From Callorhinchus milii (lineage: Eukaryota), in NCBI RefSeq assembly GCF_018977255.1, contig NW_024704743.1:64730001-64794000 (forward strand): 64,000 bases of DNA, written 5' to 3'. The notes beneath the pieces were generated by a model. That model worked only from the letters and a program-made list of their open reading frames with translations, was not told the DNA's origin and made no database searches. Every line of letters begins with the position of its first letter. Positions within the stretch are counted from its first letter, which is position 1. Positions 1 through 13,140 of the stretch are shown here, in pieces. The position numbers were made by a program, and so were the translations under genes.

Positions 1-55
1 CAGACTTTAAAATGGTAGGCTTCAGCACACTGAATTGTTTTAATGCTATAAATGT

Positions 56-378
56 GGAGTCCTGTAGCTCAGTGGTTAGAGCACTCGCTTTGCAAGTGAG
101 AGACCTGAGTTCAATTCCAGGCAGAGGGCGAAACCTTGGGCAAGTTTCCTTACTCCACACAGAGCCTAATAATAATCCCTCCAAAACCCAAAACAATAAT
201 AAATTGGTCATTTTCAATCTACGGCTGTTTGTGGGACATTGCTGTGCGCAATTGGCTGCCGCGTTCGCCCACAAATATACAGTCAATTCACTTTACAGTG
301 TGTTCTGTGAAGCGCTTTGGGACGTCCTCCCGACGTGAAAAGCGCTATATCAAATGCAAGGATTATTATTATTATTAT
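56..378 (+). mobile_element. tRNA(Ala-TGC-like)-derived SINE, full length, young subfamily
   Basis: A box TAGCTCAGTGG (65-75), anticodon arm CTCGC-TTTGCAA-GTGAG, B box GTTCAATTC (109-117), Deu-like body (TTGCTGTGCGCAATTGGCTGCC), L2-like tail and (ATT)n end. Confidence 0.92.
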
Positions 379-1569
379 AAGAAGATGCTTCAATAGAAAT
401 CAAGGATGAAGCATACAGCATTTTGGAGATTATGCACTTATCTACTGGTTGCAAATCTACAAGAAACACTGAGCTTTATATACTGTACCACTTTGGTCTA
501 ATAAACTCTTTTGGTGAGTAACCGATGTCTCAAAATACACAAGACAAAATAAATATTGCAAGCTTGATCACAATGCTAATGTTTTTGCAATAACCCGTGC
601 AGAGAAATTCCAGCAAATGAGGCTTTGCGAATTTGGAATGTCTAATTCTCAGCAAATGTTCAGATTTATATCAGGATGGACGGTCTATTTAAATTGTGCA
701 TTAATGTGTAACATAAAATAGCTGAATGTTTTCCAAATTAGAGTCATTTGGAACACAGAAGAAATTAATTTCCTGCAATCTTAGAAACCTTTTCTCCTTT
801 GAAATTCATTATAATGTACGATGTTTGAGTAAATTAAATTTTCACTTACACATTAATGCATCAATTTCCTTATGGTAATTATGTGCTGGATGTGATATGT
901 CACTAGTGGAGAAGGATGCACCCTTGCCATTAAACCTCTATCTCACTAAAATTATTACAAAAATTAAGACGAATGAGTAAAATCAAAGGTTCTGCTGGTT
1001 AGCTAATAGCAAGTAATCATAGATAAGTTGCTGATAGTATTGTAAATTGTAATAAGCATTTAATGACTCGTCATATAATGGGAAACAGTCAATTACAGAG
1101 CACAAGAGGGCACAGATGAGTTTGATTCAGATTGAAAATTGAGCCTTATTCATAGAAAGTTATTTAAAATACACAAAGGCCCTTAATAAATGTTTAAAGT
1201 GACTCAAAAAGTAGACTCCAGTTATCTCCTACATGCATATTTGGCTATTATGGACAACATGAAAGATATCTGCCTTAATGTTTTTGTTGGATTTTGCTTT
1301 ATTTAAAAATAAAAAATTGGCATCCCAAAGCAACTTCAGGCATTGAACATGGATGGTAGAAAACTTGAGCTGTTATACTATAAATTGAAGCTAGGATAAG
1401 TCAACAAGTCATAAGACTTAACGTTGGCCTGAGCGAGTGCTGTACATCCATCATCCCCTCTGCTCCATAATTGTCAGCAGTGCTTTTAGCCACTATTCCC
1501 TGAAACTCTGCTTTCAATCCCTCTGTCTTGCCCCCTTTTTGCATGTCTTCAAATCACACCTGAAGACTT

Positions 1570-2180
1570 TAGAATCATAGAATTATACAGCAAAGAAGGA
1601 GGCCATTTGGCCCATCGTGTCTGTGCCGACTCTTTGAAAAGAGCTATCCAAATCAATCCCACTCCCCCTCTCTCCCCCATAGCCCTGCAAACTTGTCTGT
1701 CCCAAATAATTATCTACTTCTCTTAAAAGTTGTTATCGAATCAGCTTCCACCACCCTTTCAGGCAATGCAAGGCAATGCATTCCAAATCTGCACAACTCG
1801 TGTGAAAAAATTTCTCCTCACCTCCCCTCTGTTTCTTTTAACAACTATTTTAAATTGGTATCTTCAGGTTACCAGCCCACCCGCCAGAGGAAATAGTTTC
1901 TCCTTGTTCACCCTATCAAATCCCCTCATAACTTTGAAAGCTTCTATTAAGTCTCCTCTTAACCTTCTCTGCTCGAAGGAGAATAATCCTAGCTTCCCTA
2001 GCCGTTCTTGAGAACTGAAGTCACTCATTCCTGGCACTCTCTCCAATGCCTTGACATCCTTCCTAAGGTGTGGGGCCCAGAACTAAACACAGTACTCTAG
2101 CTGAGACCTAACCAGTGTTTTATAAAAGTCCATCATAACTTCCTGACCTTTGTATTCTATGCCACTATTTATGAAGCCTC
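1570..2180 (-). mobile_element. CR1 LINE 3' end
   Basis: ERLGKLGLFSFEQRRLRGDLIEAFKVMRG motif and the CR1 3' hairpin/ATTCTATG-type tail. Confidence 0.92.
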
Positions 2181-2392
2181 TTTGACTCTGATTTCAGTCA
2201 CCTCCCCACCCCGGCTTGGGGTCAAGCCACGCCACTGTGGACGAGACCCTATCCACATGAAGAGTGTTATGTAATGCAAGTTCTTATAAATATAAAACTG
2301 TTATAAAATATTCATATTTACATATTTACATACATGATATTTTCTTGAAGTGATGATAATCACATTATGCAAATAAGGTATTTTGGTATGTA

Positions 2393-2590
2393 TAATAATA
2401 ATAATCCTTGCATTTGATATGTGCCTTATCACGTCTTCTAGACGTCTCAAAGCGCTTCACAGAATATACTGGAAAGGGAATTGACAATATATTTTGTGGG
2501 CTAAACGCAAAACATGGCAGCCAATTGCACACAGCAATGTCCCACAAATAGTGGATTGAAGTGACCAATTTATTATTTTTTTAAAGGGAA
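2393..2590 (-). mobile_element. SINE 3' part
   Basis: Tail and Deu-like body on the minus strand. Confidence 0.85.
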
Positions 2591-3069
2591 TTATTACCTC
2601 CAGAAAAGCGATTCGCCAATCAACTTACAATCAGGTTCCTACTTACTGGGGGTAAACAGAGGCCTTAAAGTTCCTTTAACGTTGAAGGCTCCTGGTCTTA
2701 AAATTCCCTTCTCTTTTAAACAGTTAGCGTCAGTGCGTATGATGCAGTTGAGTTCAGGCAGATAAATAAAATGCTCCTCTGGAATGTTACAGTAATGTTA
2801 TTTTCCCTTTTCTATCTTCTGGCTTTCACTGTTGAAAGTTTTGCTATTGGTTAACCAGGAGAAAGATCATAACAATGAAAATTACATTTTCTCATTTCAC
2901 CTTCTTTTCATGCTCTTAAGTACATTCACAAATCAGAACATATCAAAGTTAACCTTGATCAGAGGTATTTTGTGTTGAAATCATTGTAAGGAGATTGAAA
3001 ATCAATATCAGATCAGAAATGGCATAACATGGCTATATTAAGGATGGTCAAACTACAGCATGAAGCTTG

Positions 3070-3405
3070 GTACCAGTCATTTATATGGTCATGATACCTC
3101 TCTAATTAGTGCTGTAACTTTGACAACCCTGATGGCTGTTTTCACTTGTTATTGAGTCCAAAACTAGAGAATGTAAGTATAAGATCACACAAAGACTGGT
3201 GAGAATGGATGTGGAACTCGCTACTAGAAAAACTATGGTAGAAGGGTATTTAAGAGAAAGCTCGATGCATATATGAGGGAGAAGGGAATACAGTTGACAG
3301 GAATAGGAGGGGCATGGGTGGAGTATGAACATCAACATGAATTAATTGGGTCGAATGGCTTGATTCTGTGCTGTTTCACTCTAAATATCTATGTAATTCT
3401 ATGTA
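3070..3405 (+). mobile_element. CR1 3' remnant
   Basis: gtggaactcgct...gggtcgaatggc...tgtgctgt...tctatgtaattctatgta tail. Confidence 0.7.
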
Positions 3406-4534
3406 ACTGCCCAGATAGATCTTTACAAAGTATTATTGAAACATGGTTCTTAACACCCTGACATTATTAGGATGAATTAAATTGGAACAATATTTCATTA
3501 TAAATCCACCTGAAATTGAATGGCTGTTCATTCGTAAAATGCCAGGAAGTGTATCAGTTTTTCTCTAGCTCACCACTGTAACACCTCTGATGTGCTGAGA
3601 AATAAATAGCCAGGGCTCCAAAACATGGTTTACTTATAAATCATCGATAGATACGTAGAGTGGAGCAGATTTAAGAACGCATGTCTGTTATTAAAAAAAT
3701 TAAAACAAATATTGTACTCAAAGTAAAGTTGATTTGACAGAACTTGACTGAAAAAAAATTAACCACTTTGCATATCCAAATTTACATGATGCTCAACATT
3801 CAAAATTCCTCAGTGCCTTAAAATTTTAGATTCACAGATGGTACAGTTCAGGAAAAGGCAATTTGGCCCATCCAGTATGGTTGATGTACTCAATATGAGT
3901 GCCTATGCTAGATCTTCTCCTTAGTCCCATATTTTGGCTTCTTTCCCATATTTCTTAACTTTATTCTCTCTCAGTTATGTGTTCAGCATTTTTTTGAATG
4001 TGCACATCTTGGCTACCCCAACACCTGCCTGTGGCAGAGAGTTCCACAACCCCCACCAATGTCTGTATGAATTTATTTTTCCAAATCACCCATCTTAATC
4101 TCCTAGTTCTGATTCTAAAACTATGCCCTCGAGTTCTAGACCCTCTTCCTACAAGGTCTATCTCAAGACTTTCTTTGACCGTGCCTTCAGATATCTCTCC
4201 ACCCCCACTCCAACTCCCATCCCTTCTGGCCTGCAATCCTCCCGAATCCAATCCTCAGCTTGGATGCAAACCTTGCAGCATCTCGGAATGTCCTTTTGAC
4301 ATGAAGGATGATATATAAATGCAATTTGTTGTATCTGTTGCTGATATCTTAGTCAATGAGAACAACCTTGTGCACACATTTTCAAGTAGAAAATAAAATT
4401 GTGTTCTGCGATAGTGATGTCCTAAGCAGATATTCTTACACAACTGATAGGTAAGAAATGAAGACAACTGTTCACAAAAGGGGTTACTTCCCCATGTACA
4501 TGAACAATAACAAAATCTACTTCTCTTCCTCCAT

Positions 4535-5412
4535 CCCTAACCTCGTACATCAATGTGTTGTCCTCTTGCATGTCAGACATCAGAGCCTGGATGAGCACCA
4601 ACTTTCTGCAGTTGAGAAGACGGAAGCCATCTGCCTTGGCTGCCATCAGTCTCCTCACCTGTGGCTCCGACCTCCTTAATCTTCCTGGCCTATCTCTCAG
4701 ACTTATTGAACCTGTTCATAACCTGGGTATCAGGTTTGATCCCCAGCTGTACTTCCTTCCCCTTAACCAGTCCCTGACCAGGACTACATTCCTCCACCTC
4801 CACCATATTGCCTATCATTAACTATACCTCACACTCAACACAGCCAAAATCCTTATCCATGCCTTTGTCACCCCACCCTCGATTATTCCAATTCTCTCCT
4901 CACTGACCTGCCCAGTTCCACCATTCATAAAATCCAATTAATTCAAAACTCCATAGCATCACCTGAACCAAATTCTGCACCCCCATCAATCCCTGTATTT
5001 GCCCGGCTCCACTGGCTCCCTATTGCATAATGGAACGATTTCAAGATCCTCATAGTCATGTACAAGTCATTTCGTGGCCTGGCACCTACCTCTGCGACCT
5101 GCTTGCACCCAACTCTTCTATCTACCTGCCCACTTGGCTCAGCTGGCTCCAACTCCTACACAACCCTTGCCTCCTCTGCTCCATCACTGCTGGCTGCTTT
5201 CAGTCACTATGCCTCAAAAATCTAGAACTCGCTGCCTCCATCCCGCCACCTTGCCCCTTCTTTGTCTGTCTTCAGATCACATTTGAAGACCTTCCTCTTC
5301 AAACGTACCGATGGACACCTTCCTCACTTCCTTGACTTGGTATTAAACTTGATGATAAACTGCCACCGTTAAGTGCCACGTGAAGAGCTCTACATAAATG
5401 CAACTTGTTATT
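4535..5412 (+). mobile_element. L2 LINE 3' fragment (decayed RT C-terminus)
   Basis: Frameshifted CMSDIRAWMSTNFLQL...NLGIRFDPQL motifs and L2 tail. Confidence 0.88.
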
Positions 5413-5539
5413 GATTTCAATATAATATTTTATGCAAAATAAAATCATAATCACAGTCCTCTCTCGACCTTCCTCCTCCCTCCTTTCTCTCTCTCCCTCT
5501 TAAACCCTCTCTAATCCTTCCAATTATGAGTCCTGTTCC

Positions 5540-6212
5540 CAGTGTCCTGTTTAATGCTCAACTATCCTTCAAACTGCGCATTCAAGCCATTCTGCCTTTC
5601 CCAACCTCCACCACATTGCCCACCTCTGCTACATGTTCGACTACACTAATTCCCTGCTTGCTGGACTTCCCAACCCTTCCCTCCACAAACTGCAGATTAT
5701 TCAGAACACTGCAGCTCATGTCCTCTCCTTTACTAAACTCTGTGAACCAATCACCCCCATCCTCGCCCAACTCCACTGCCTCCCCACCCCCCTAGAGGAT
5801 AGAGTTTAAAATCCTCGTCCTCATTTTCAAAGCTCTCCATACCTTTGCTCCTCCCAACATCTGTGATGTATTAGCACCATGCAAACCTGTACACTTCCTT
5901 CTCTCAGAGGCCACTGGCTTGCTTAATGTCCCCCGCACTGCCCGCACCATCATTGGCAGACGGGCCTACAGTTTTTCTGTCCCAACTGCTGGAATATCAT
6001 CCCAAACTCCCTTCACTTCGCCTCCTCCTTCACCTCCTTCAAGGCCTGTTTTAAGACTTTCCTCTTTGATCGTGCTTTTGGCCACACTCTCACCTCCCTT
6101 ACCCTCTTGATTCCAATCCCCAGCTCAGGTGCAAACCCTTAACTGTCCAGCTCCTTGGACCTTCCTTCCAATGTGAAAGACGCTATATAAACATAGTTTT
6201 GTTATTGTTGTA
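5540..6212 (+). mobile_element. L2 LINE 3' fragment
   Basis: Homologous to 45720-46465, ending tgaaagacgctatataaa. Confidence 0.85.
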
Positions 6213-7204
6213 TAATCAATTTATTTATGCAGACTAATTTTAAAAGCGGATATTAAATGCATCCAAAGATTGGAGAAAATAGTTGCAACAATTTATATTA
6301 CATTTCAATTCAAAGTATTTCACACAGCCATCTGGAAGTTAAGGCTTGGGGGAGATATGAACTCTAGGGGGTTGAAGGGAAGGAACTGGGAGGGAAGGAA
6401 TGGGGGGAGGAAAGATGACCAACAAAGCGGTTGAAAAGATAGGTCTCAAACTATAAACCATAATAGTTCATGCCTTGGTATTATTTCTTTGTATTGGACA
6501 TTTGAAATTTTAGTTGAAATATTCCATTTATAATAACAATAATAGTCCTTGCATTTGATATAAAGCCTTTCACATAAGAGGGACATCTCAAAGCGCTTCA
6601 GATGATTCACTTTGAAGTGCAGTGACTATATATTTTTGGAGGCGATTACTTTGTTTCTGCCAATATTTGTTTCAGAGGAGATACTTTCAAAACTGACACC
6701 ATTTCTGCATTATCTACCCGTGCACTTCTATGTGATACTTAAGAGCAGAAAATGTATGAAATTAACCAGATATGTCAATTATAAATGGAAAAACTGGTGG
6801 CCAAATTGCATTTCCAGTTTCCCAAGTCTTCTTGTGCTCCATTGCACATTCAAATCACCAGGGAGGAACTGATGCTCAGAATAGCTTGAAGGATGATGGA
6901 CAATTTGCAAATACAAAGCAGCAGACTGTAAATTAGTGGAAAATATTGATGCATAGAAGTAGGTTATCCAAATAAATATTATATAGATATATAATAAATA
7001 GATATTATATATCTTTTGTTTGTTTACATACTGTGCCAATGAATGTTTATATGCAGAGAAATGGCATTCGGTGAAATGATTTGCAGATAAATGAGCTTTC
7101 TGTAGTTTTAATTAATTACAATCATTACTGTATTCATTTTGTTACAATATGGCAATAAAAGTATTGAAAAATGCTAATAAAAAGGAGATTATAGGGAATA
7201 GTGA

Positions 7205-7328
7205 ATTGAATATTTGGAATTTCCATGTGTAGGTGGGATGCACAGAATTCTCAGTTTGGTTTGAATACTCTTAAGCATGGTGACAGGTTTCCACATGTCT
7301 CAGACACCCAGCTGACCAAAAAAAAAAA
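7205..7328 (+). mobile_element. Same family, 3' terminus with poly(A)
   Basis: ggtgggatgca...cttaagcat...gctgacc(A)n equals the reverse complement of 33283-33390. Confidence 0.72.
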
Positions 7329-7487
7329 TTGCAATCTATACATTTCAATTATATTTTCTGGCCCATCAAATCTATTTACTATTCATATCAACAGTGTACA
7401 CTGATGGATGGAAGTGGGAAGAGAAAACCAGCTGCTGCATAGAGTGAGATGGATACAGCATAAATCAGAGGATGTATTTATTGAGTT

Positions 7488-7745
7488 AATAATAATAATA
7501 ATAATCCTTGCATTTGATATAGCGCTTTTCACGTCTTCTAGAAGTCTAGAAGCGCTTCACAGGATATACTGTAAAGTTAATTGACTGTATTTTTGGGGCG
7601 AAACACAGCAGCCAATTGCGCACAGAAGTGTCCCACAAACAGTCGTGGATTGAAAATGACCAATTTATTATTGCTTTTATTTTTTTGAGGGATTATTATT
7701 AGGCGTGTGGGGTAAGGAAACTTGCCCAAGGTTTCGCCCTGCCTG
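7488..7745 (-). mobile_element. SINE, 5'-truncated
   Basis: (TAA)n-tccttgcatttgatatagcgc through ggaaacttgcccaagg. Confidence 0.88.
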
Positions 7746-9651
7746 TGTACAAAGCATTGCTACAATCCCACTGTATAATCCTGGGATCTGTATGACAGTA
7801 GTGACGTTTGTGTATTGGGAAAGGTACAACAAAAGGTTACATTTAGTATTGATTATTACAAAAGAACTCAGCAAAAGAAAGGGAATAGTACATGCGATTG
7901 AGCACAGGATGACATTAGCATATACGGTTGGGCAATTGAGGAGAGACAGCTAAGAGATGACCTTATTGAAGTCAATCAAATCTAAAAATATATAGGATGT
8001 CAGTACCTTATTGAATATGTCCACAATTCCACAGGAGATAGGATGGGATGGTATTTAAACATGGGACTCACCAGGTGGTAATATTAATAATAATAATAAT
8101 CCTTGCATTTGATATAGCGCCTTATTACGTCTTTGAGACACAACCGGAGGATGTCTCAAAGCTCTTGATACCACTGGCTGTGCACCCGAGCTGAGGGTGA
8201 GAGCTGACGGGAATGGGGAGGGGAAAGCTGATCGAAAGCACGGTCAGAGGTAAGTCTTGAGATGAACTGTAATGACTGCATAGCTTTTGTTTGAGCGGAT
8301 CCCTCCATACAGGCAACCCTATTAAAACACGGATCTAAAAAACTATACACTGTGTTATAACGGGTCCATGAATCCCGGTCCTGTTTCCAGCTTGTGACAA
8401 CACTGCTGGCATCACTCCTCAGGTAGTGTAGTGTAGAGCAGCAGATTTTCTGCATATGCTTGCAGCACAGAGGAAGCTGGCTGGTGCACAGCAGAAGGCA
8501 GAAGTGCAACATTGATCCAGTAACAACTAGTCAATAAAAGCCCTGCCTTTTCAGCAACATTACACTCCAGTGAGGCACTTAATAAATGAACAGGTTGCCC
8601 TGCACAAACAAAATAATACTTTCAGTGCCACATTCTTTCACATCTCGGTTTCACGCACTGTCAGTTTTCATAGAATTTTCTCTGATGTTTCTGACACATC
8701 TCGGAATTCAGTGCAGAGATAGTAAGCTGCCGCTTGTGTTTGATTGAGAATATTGCTCTGCTGATCAATGAAAGAGTCGGCAGGGCAATGTTCTGAAAGA
8801 GCCATTTATAAGAATAAGTTTGTGTGGTTCAGTCTGCTACAGGAAACCAAGGGTCCTCAGAGCTGCCATTAGTCATTTCATTTATCTCTCTATCTCAAGA
8901 TTTAGTTCCCTTTTCTCCTTATTTCTGCAATTGCCTCTTTCTGTTCTTCGTTCAATTTTGGATACTGCTTAATGGTGAAGTGGAGCTTTCCTAGCATTAA
9001 CTCTATTATTGTCATGGATGAGCGGTTCAGGCTTTGATTGTATTTTTAATAGTTTCCTTTGATACTGTGATACTGTGCAATCGCTGTTCAAGTTATCCAA
9101 TGAATCCAATGCCCATAAGAGGTTAGAGAACAAGTAATATATTCTGGGGAGGATTCAGGTTTGAGGGAGGGGGAAGCAGGGATTCATGATCCAAACATTT
9201 GGAATCTGTAGATGGGTTTGCACATCTCTCTGCAGCACCAGAGAATGTGAAGACCCACCTCACTGGATCGATGAGAAATATTGAGATATTCATCTCCACA
9301 GTTAAAGCATGAGTGAAAAGATAGGTCTTAGGACAGGTTTTAATGGTGGGCTGAGAGGCAGAGGAATTCTGGAATGGAATTCAGACTGAATGATTGAGAG
9401 CTCGTTCACTGATGGTGGGGCTGATCGACCAGAGGACAGAGGTTGGTGTCCTAAACTAAACCTTGAATTTCGGGCTTCAGTGTGTAAATATCAACCCAGT
9501 CATATCCATGTGGTAAAAAAAAGAGTAGGCAGATACAAACTAAAAGTATTGTATTAGTCAGGGATTAGAGCAGAATATATGACTGACAAACTTCTTAAAT
9601 ACATAATTTTATTGTCTACCACACAACTCAGAATTTCTGGTTATTAATCCA

Positions 9652-9718
9652 TGGACACAATGATAATCCTGGGACACATTGATAACTCTGAACACAATGA
9701 CAATCCTGGGATACAATA
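9652..9718. repeat. Short tandem repeat, ~19-bp unit, about 3.5 copies
   Basis: ggacacaatgataatcctg variants in tandem. Confidence 0.85.
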
Positions 9719-9949
9719 AATTGTCAGAATTCTTTAAATAATGAAATTGTTATCATTGACAAATGTGTCTTTGCAGAGAGTCTTTGGCCAGCATTTGTCC
9801 AGTATTAAGATTTAAACTCTTTTTGCTTTTGTCAGTTCACAGCAGGCATGGAAATAGTTCAGACTACCAATCTAATGCATCTATAGATGGGAAGTGTGAC
9901 CATTGAGTGAAGGCAACAGTGGGTGTGTTCATGTAAAGCTTAGTTCCCA

Positions 9950-10260
9950 GGTCATAGCTTTACCACACACATCATATTTGCCTGGTAGCGTATTTTTGTG
10001 GCTAGTGAGGCAGGAGTTGTGGTAAATAAAACACACAGGCTTCTTAGTTTTACTGAAAAACATTTCCTGTTCCAGTGAACAATCGATTTGGTGTGGTGTC
10101 TGTGTTTTCAGTGAGGTGGCTCTGCAATTAGAGCAGTAATATGTTTGTATCTCGGAGTCCAGGTCCCACACAGAACAATGTTTTGCACAGTTCTGTGTGG
10201 TTCTGTAACATGATGTTAAGTGCACATGGCAGAGCGTATTCATACAGGACCACAAGAATG
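9950..10260. promoter_or_regulatory. Candidate RUNX-rich enhancer
   Basis: Five TGTGGT/ACCACA cores plus an ETS site in ~300 bp. Confidence 0.45.
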
Positions 10261-10370
10261 ACATTATTGCAATCACTCCATCAAGGAAGCTGGTAAGCAT
10301 TTGAAGAGAGACAATATAAAAGTGCTTGGGAAAAGAACAGGGCATTGGGATTATAGTAGATAGTCTAATT

Positions 10371-10695
10371 ATAATAATCCTTGCATTTGATATAGTGCCT
10401 TATCACTTCATTGAGATGACTGAAATTGCTTCACAGGATATACTGTATTTTGTGGGTGAAATGCAACAGCCAATTGTACACAGAAATGTCCTACAAACAG
10501 CCATGGAGTGAGTGACCAATTTTATTTGGGGGATTGTTGGCCAGGACACCAGGAGAAACTCCCTTCTCTTTTCAAATAGTGCCATGGGATCTTTTAAATC
10601 CGCTTGAACAGGCAGATGGTACCTTGGTTCAATGTCTCATCCGAAGGACAGCACCTCTGACAAAGCAACACAGCCCTAGGATTGCTTTGGAGTGA
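10371..10695 (-). mobile_element. Older Deu-type SINE
   Basis: aatagtgccatgggatctttta...gacagcacctctgaca on the plus strand. Confidence 0.82.
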
Positions 10696-12819
10696 TATAT
10701 ATGTATATGTGGATATATTTTTAAATCCAAATATAGTGGTGTGGTGTGTAAGCATATTACACATTTCCTTCTTAACAACACAATCATGCCAGATGTGGCA
10801 TTGGCTACTATTTTTGAAAGCCACTATCTTGATGTGTAAGGTGAAGAAACATTGTATACAGTGCTAAAAAAAAATTCTGAATATCCAAGAATATGAGTGC
10901 TCAACTTCTGGGTGGATCTTGCCAATGGACTTCATGCCATCTCTCACATCCACGCAATAAACCAAAGGACCAAAGTCAAGAGGCTTCCATCAGGCACTGT
11001 AGGTGCATAACACAAACCAAATGTATTAATTTATAAACATCAGAATAGCTCAAGTCAAGAACAAACTCTTCTTGTATAGGACTTAGATTCATTCTTCTGC
11101 ATTGCTACATGGCAAGCTCCTGAGCTTGCTCATGTCCTTGGGAGAGTCACTGACTGGAGATTTGTCTCTTCCCGCAGGGGCACAGAAGTAAACGGAATAT
11201 GACCCAGAATCATCTTTATTAGTTCCATTTCAATGTTTACTCGTGAACTGATCAACCATTTTATCTCTGAAAAAATCAAACGCTGTATAAATAAACTGCA
11301 GAGATGTGCAAGTCCCACATTAACCAGTGAATGGCTTTTAGTTCCTGCATCAGACACCTGCTAAACAGAGCTCTCAGGATAATATTAATAATAATACTTA
11401 ATACTCCTTGCATTTCATATAGCATTGCCTTATCACATCATTGAGACGTCTCAAAGCACTTCACAAAATATATTGTAAAATGTTAATTTTGTGGACGAAA
11501 TGTGGCCAAAATTGAAATAATTTTTAACAATATAAATAAAAATTGCAGTGAATCTCATCCCAAATGAACTACTGGTCAGACTTCTTCTTGGGATTTTTAC
11601 CTCTTGAATAGCCTTTCAACATATGGTTCAGAATCATCCCACAGTCCATCAGGTATTTAAAAACTTTAAAAACAAATTCAATGTATTTTGGGGTGTAACT
11701 ATAAATAAACTAACTAAACTAAACTAACATGATTTTTCTCCATGTGAGGAAGGAATAGAAATAAGATGATATTTCTGGAAAAATTAGCATTCCTGTTTGG
11801 ACAAGTTTAAACTATAAAATGTAGAGGAGAAAAGTATAGTTGTAGATGGAATTGGTCTGAGGTCTGAAAACATAAAGAAGTTAATTAAAGACAAGTGTGC
11901 CTTTGTTAATGCAGCGATAACTTTGATTATTTTGAAACCTTGGACTTTGAAAGGCAGGTGGCATTCACACCTGTGCAGAGCCAGAGATGTTCCTGAGCTG
12001 GTCCTAGGAGCAGAGTAACAGCAGCTACATCTATTGGAACAAAAAAAGTTAGAATTATTTACGCATTGATTTGACTCCATAGAGTTGCGGGAATCTTGGG
12101 AAAGACATAATTCATATCTGCATCACATTTAGATATTTTAAGTGCAAAAACTCACAGCCTTGAGGATTCGAACATTGTGCTTTTAAGAAAGTTACTTAAA
12201 ATTAGTTTACTAAAGAGTTCGCGTATTGTATCTGGAAGATGTACTTAATTATTTGAAGTAAATTAAAGAACAGTCAAAATAAACTGGAAGGTGAAGGCTT
12301 TAGAATTGGAAACGATAATTTCAGGACAAACACCAGGAAGTATTTCATTACCCAAAGGGTAATTAACAACTGGAACAGGTCACCAGCATGCTGAATAATT
12401 GCATAGGGATCATTAAGGTGGACCTTACATAATCAGCAACACTCCATTTTAAAAGTCACATCCCATCCACATCTATGGAACCCATTAAAAGACCATAGCA
12501 CAGTTACTGAATATTTAATGAGCTGCTGCTTTTTTTTAAATTAGATTGGATTCAAATCACAATATCATTGTTCTCAGACATTCTCCCTCTCGAACTTATA
12601 TTTTAAATTTCATGCCATTCATAAATCAGATCATTCAAGGTGAGGAAAAAGCCTCTCACAATGGATCAGCGTGTTTATCTAGTGAGTAGCTGAGCTATGA
12701 AACCAGGAATGTTGAGGATTAAAACCGAGGTCTGAAATGAATTTATCTGATCTCAATTTGAATAGCACATTTACAAATACTGCTCGCTACAATATATGAG
12801 GGCTGCCCATGCTAAAGGA

Positions 12820-13140
12820 GACATCTCAAAAGGGACCTCATGGAGATATATAATTTTTTTTAACGGATTTGAATAGATAAACCCAGAACAATATTTTCAG
12901 ATACACCGAGACAAAAGTACAATAGGACACAAGTTTAGAGTTGGAAAGGACAATTTCAGAACAGATACCAGGAAGTATTTCATTATCCAAAGGGTACTTA
13001 ACTAAAACAGGCGACCAGCAAGAGTGATTCAGGACACTGAACTCATTTTAAAAAAAATTGATGCTGGTGATGGGAAATGGTGGGTAGTGGGTTATTCTGA
13101 AAGATGAGGTCAAATTGGCTAAATGAATCTTGTGTCTTGC
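12820..13140 (+). mobile_element. CR1 3' remnant (related pieces at ~12280-12390)
   Basis: gggacctcatggagatatata and caggaagtatttcatta..caaagggt motifs. Confidence 0.7.

Noticed and set aside
56..130. tRNA-Ala gene
   Set aside because: It runs straight into a SINE body and tail and recurs at 22457 and 28700, so it is a SINE head.
136..396. Repeated small ORF MGKF..CKDYYY (also 28339-28623)
   Set aside because: An incidental reading frame through SINE copies.
6677..6940. Possible exon of an upstream neighbour gene such as SPATA48
   Set aside because: There is an acceptor-like site and a short open frame, but no recognisable protein similarity.
8290..8368. Tc1/mariner-type MITE with imperfect inverted ends
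   Set aside because: Too short and too mismatched to support without a database search.
9652..9718. CRISPR-like array (also considered for 32865-32942 and 52670-53056)
   Set aside because: Head-to-tail tandem repeats with no unique spacers or cas genes, in vertebrate DNA.
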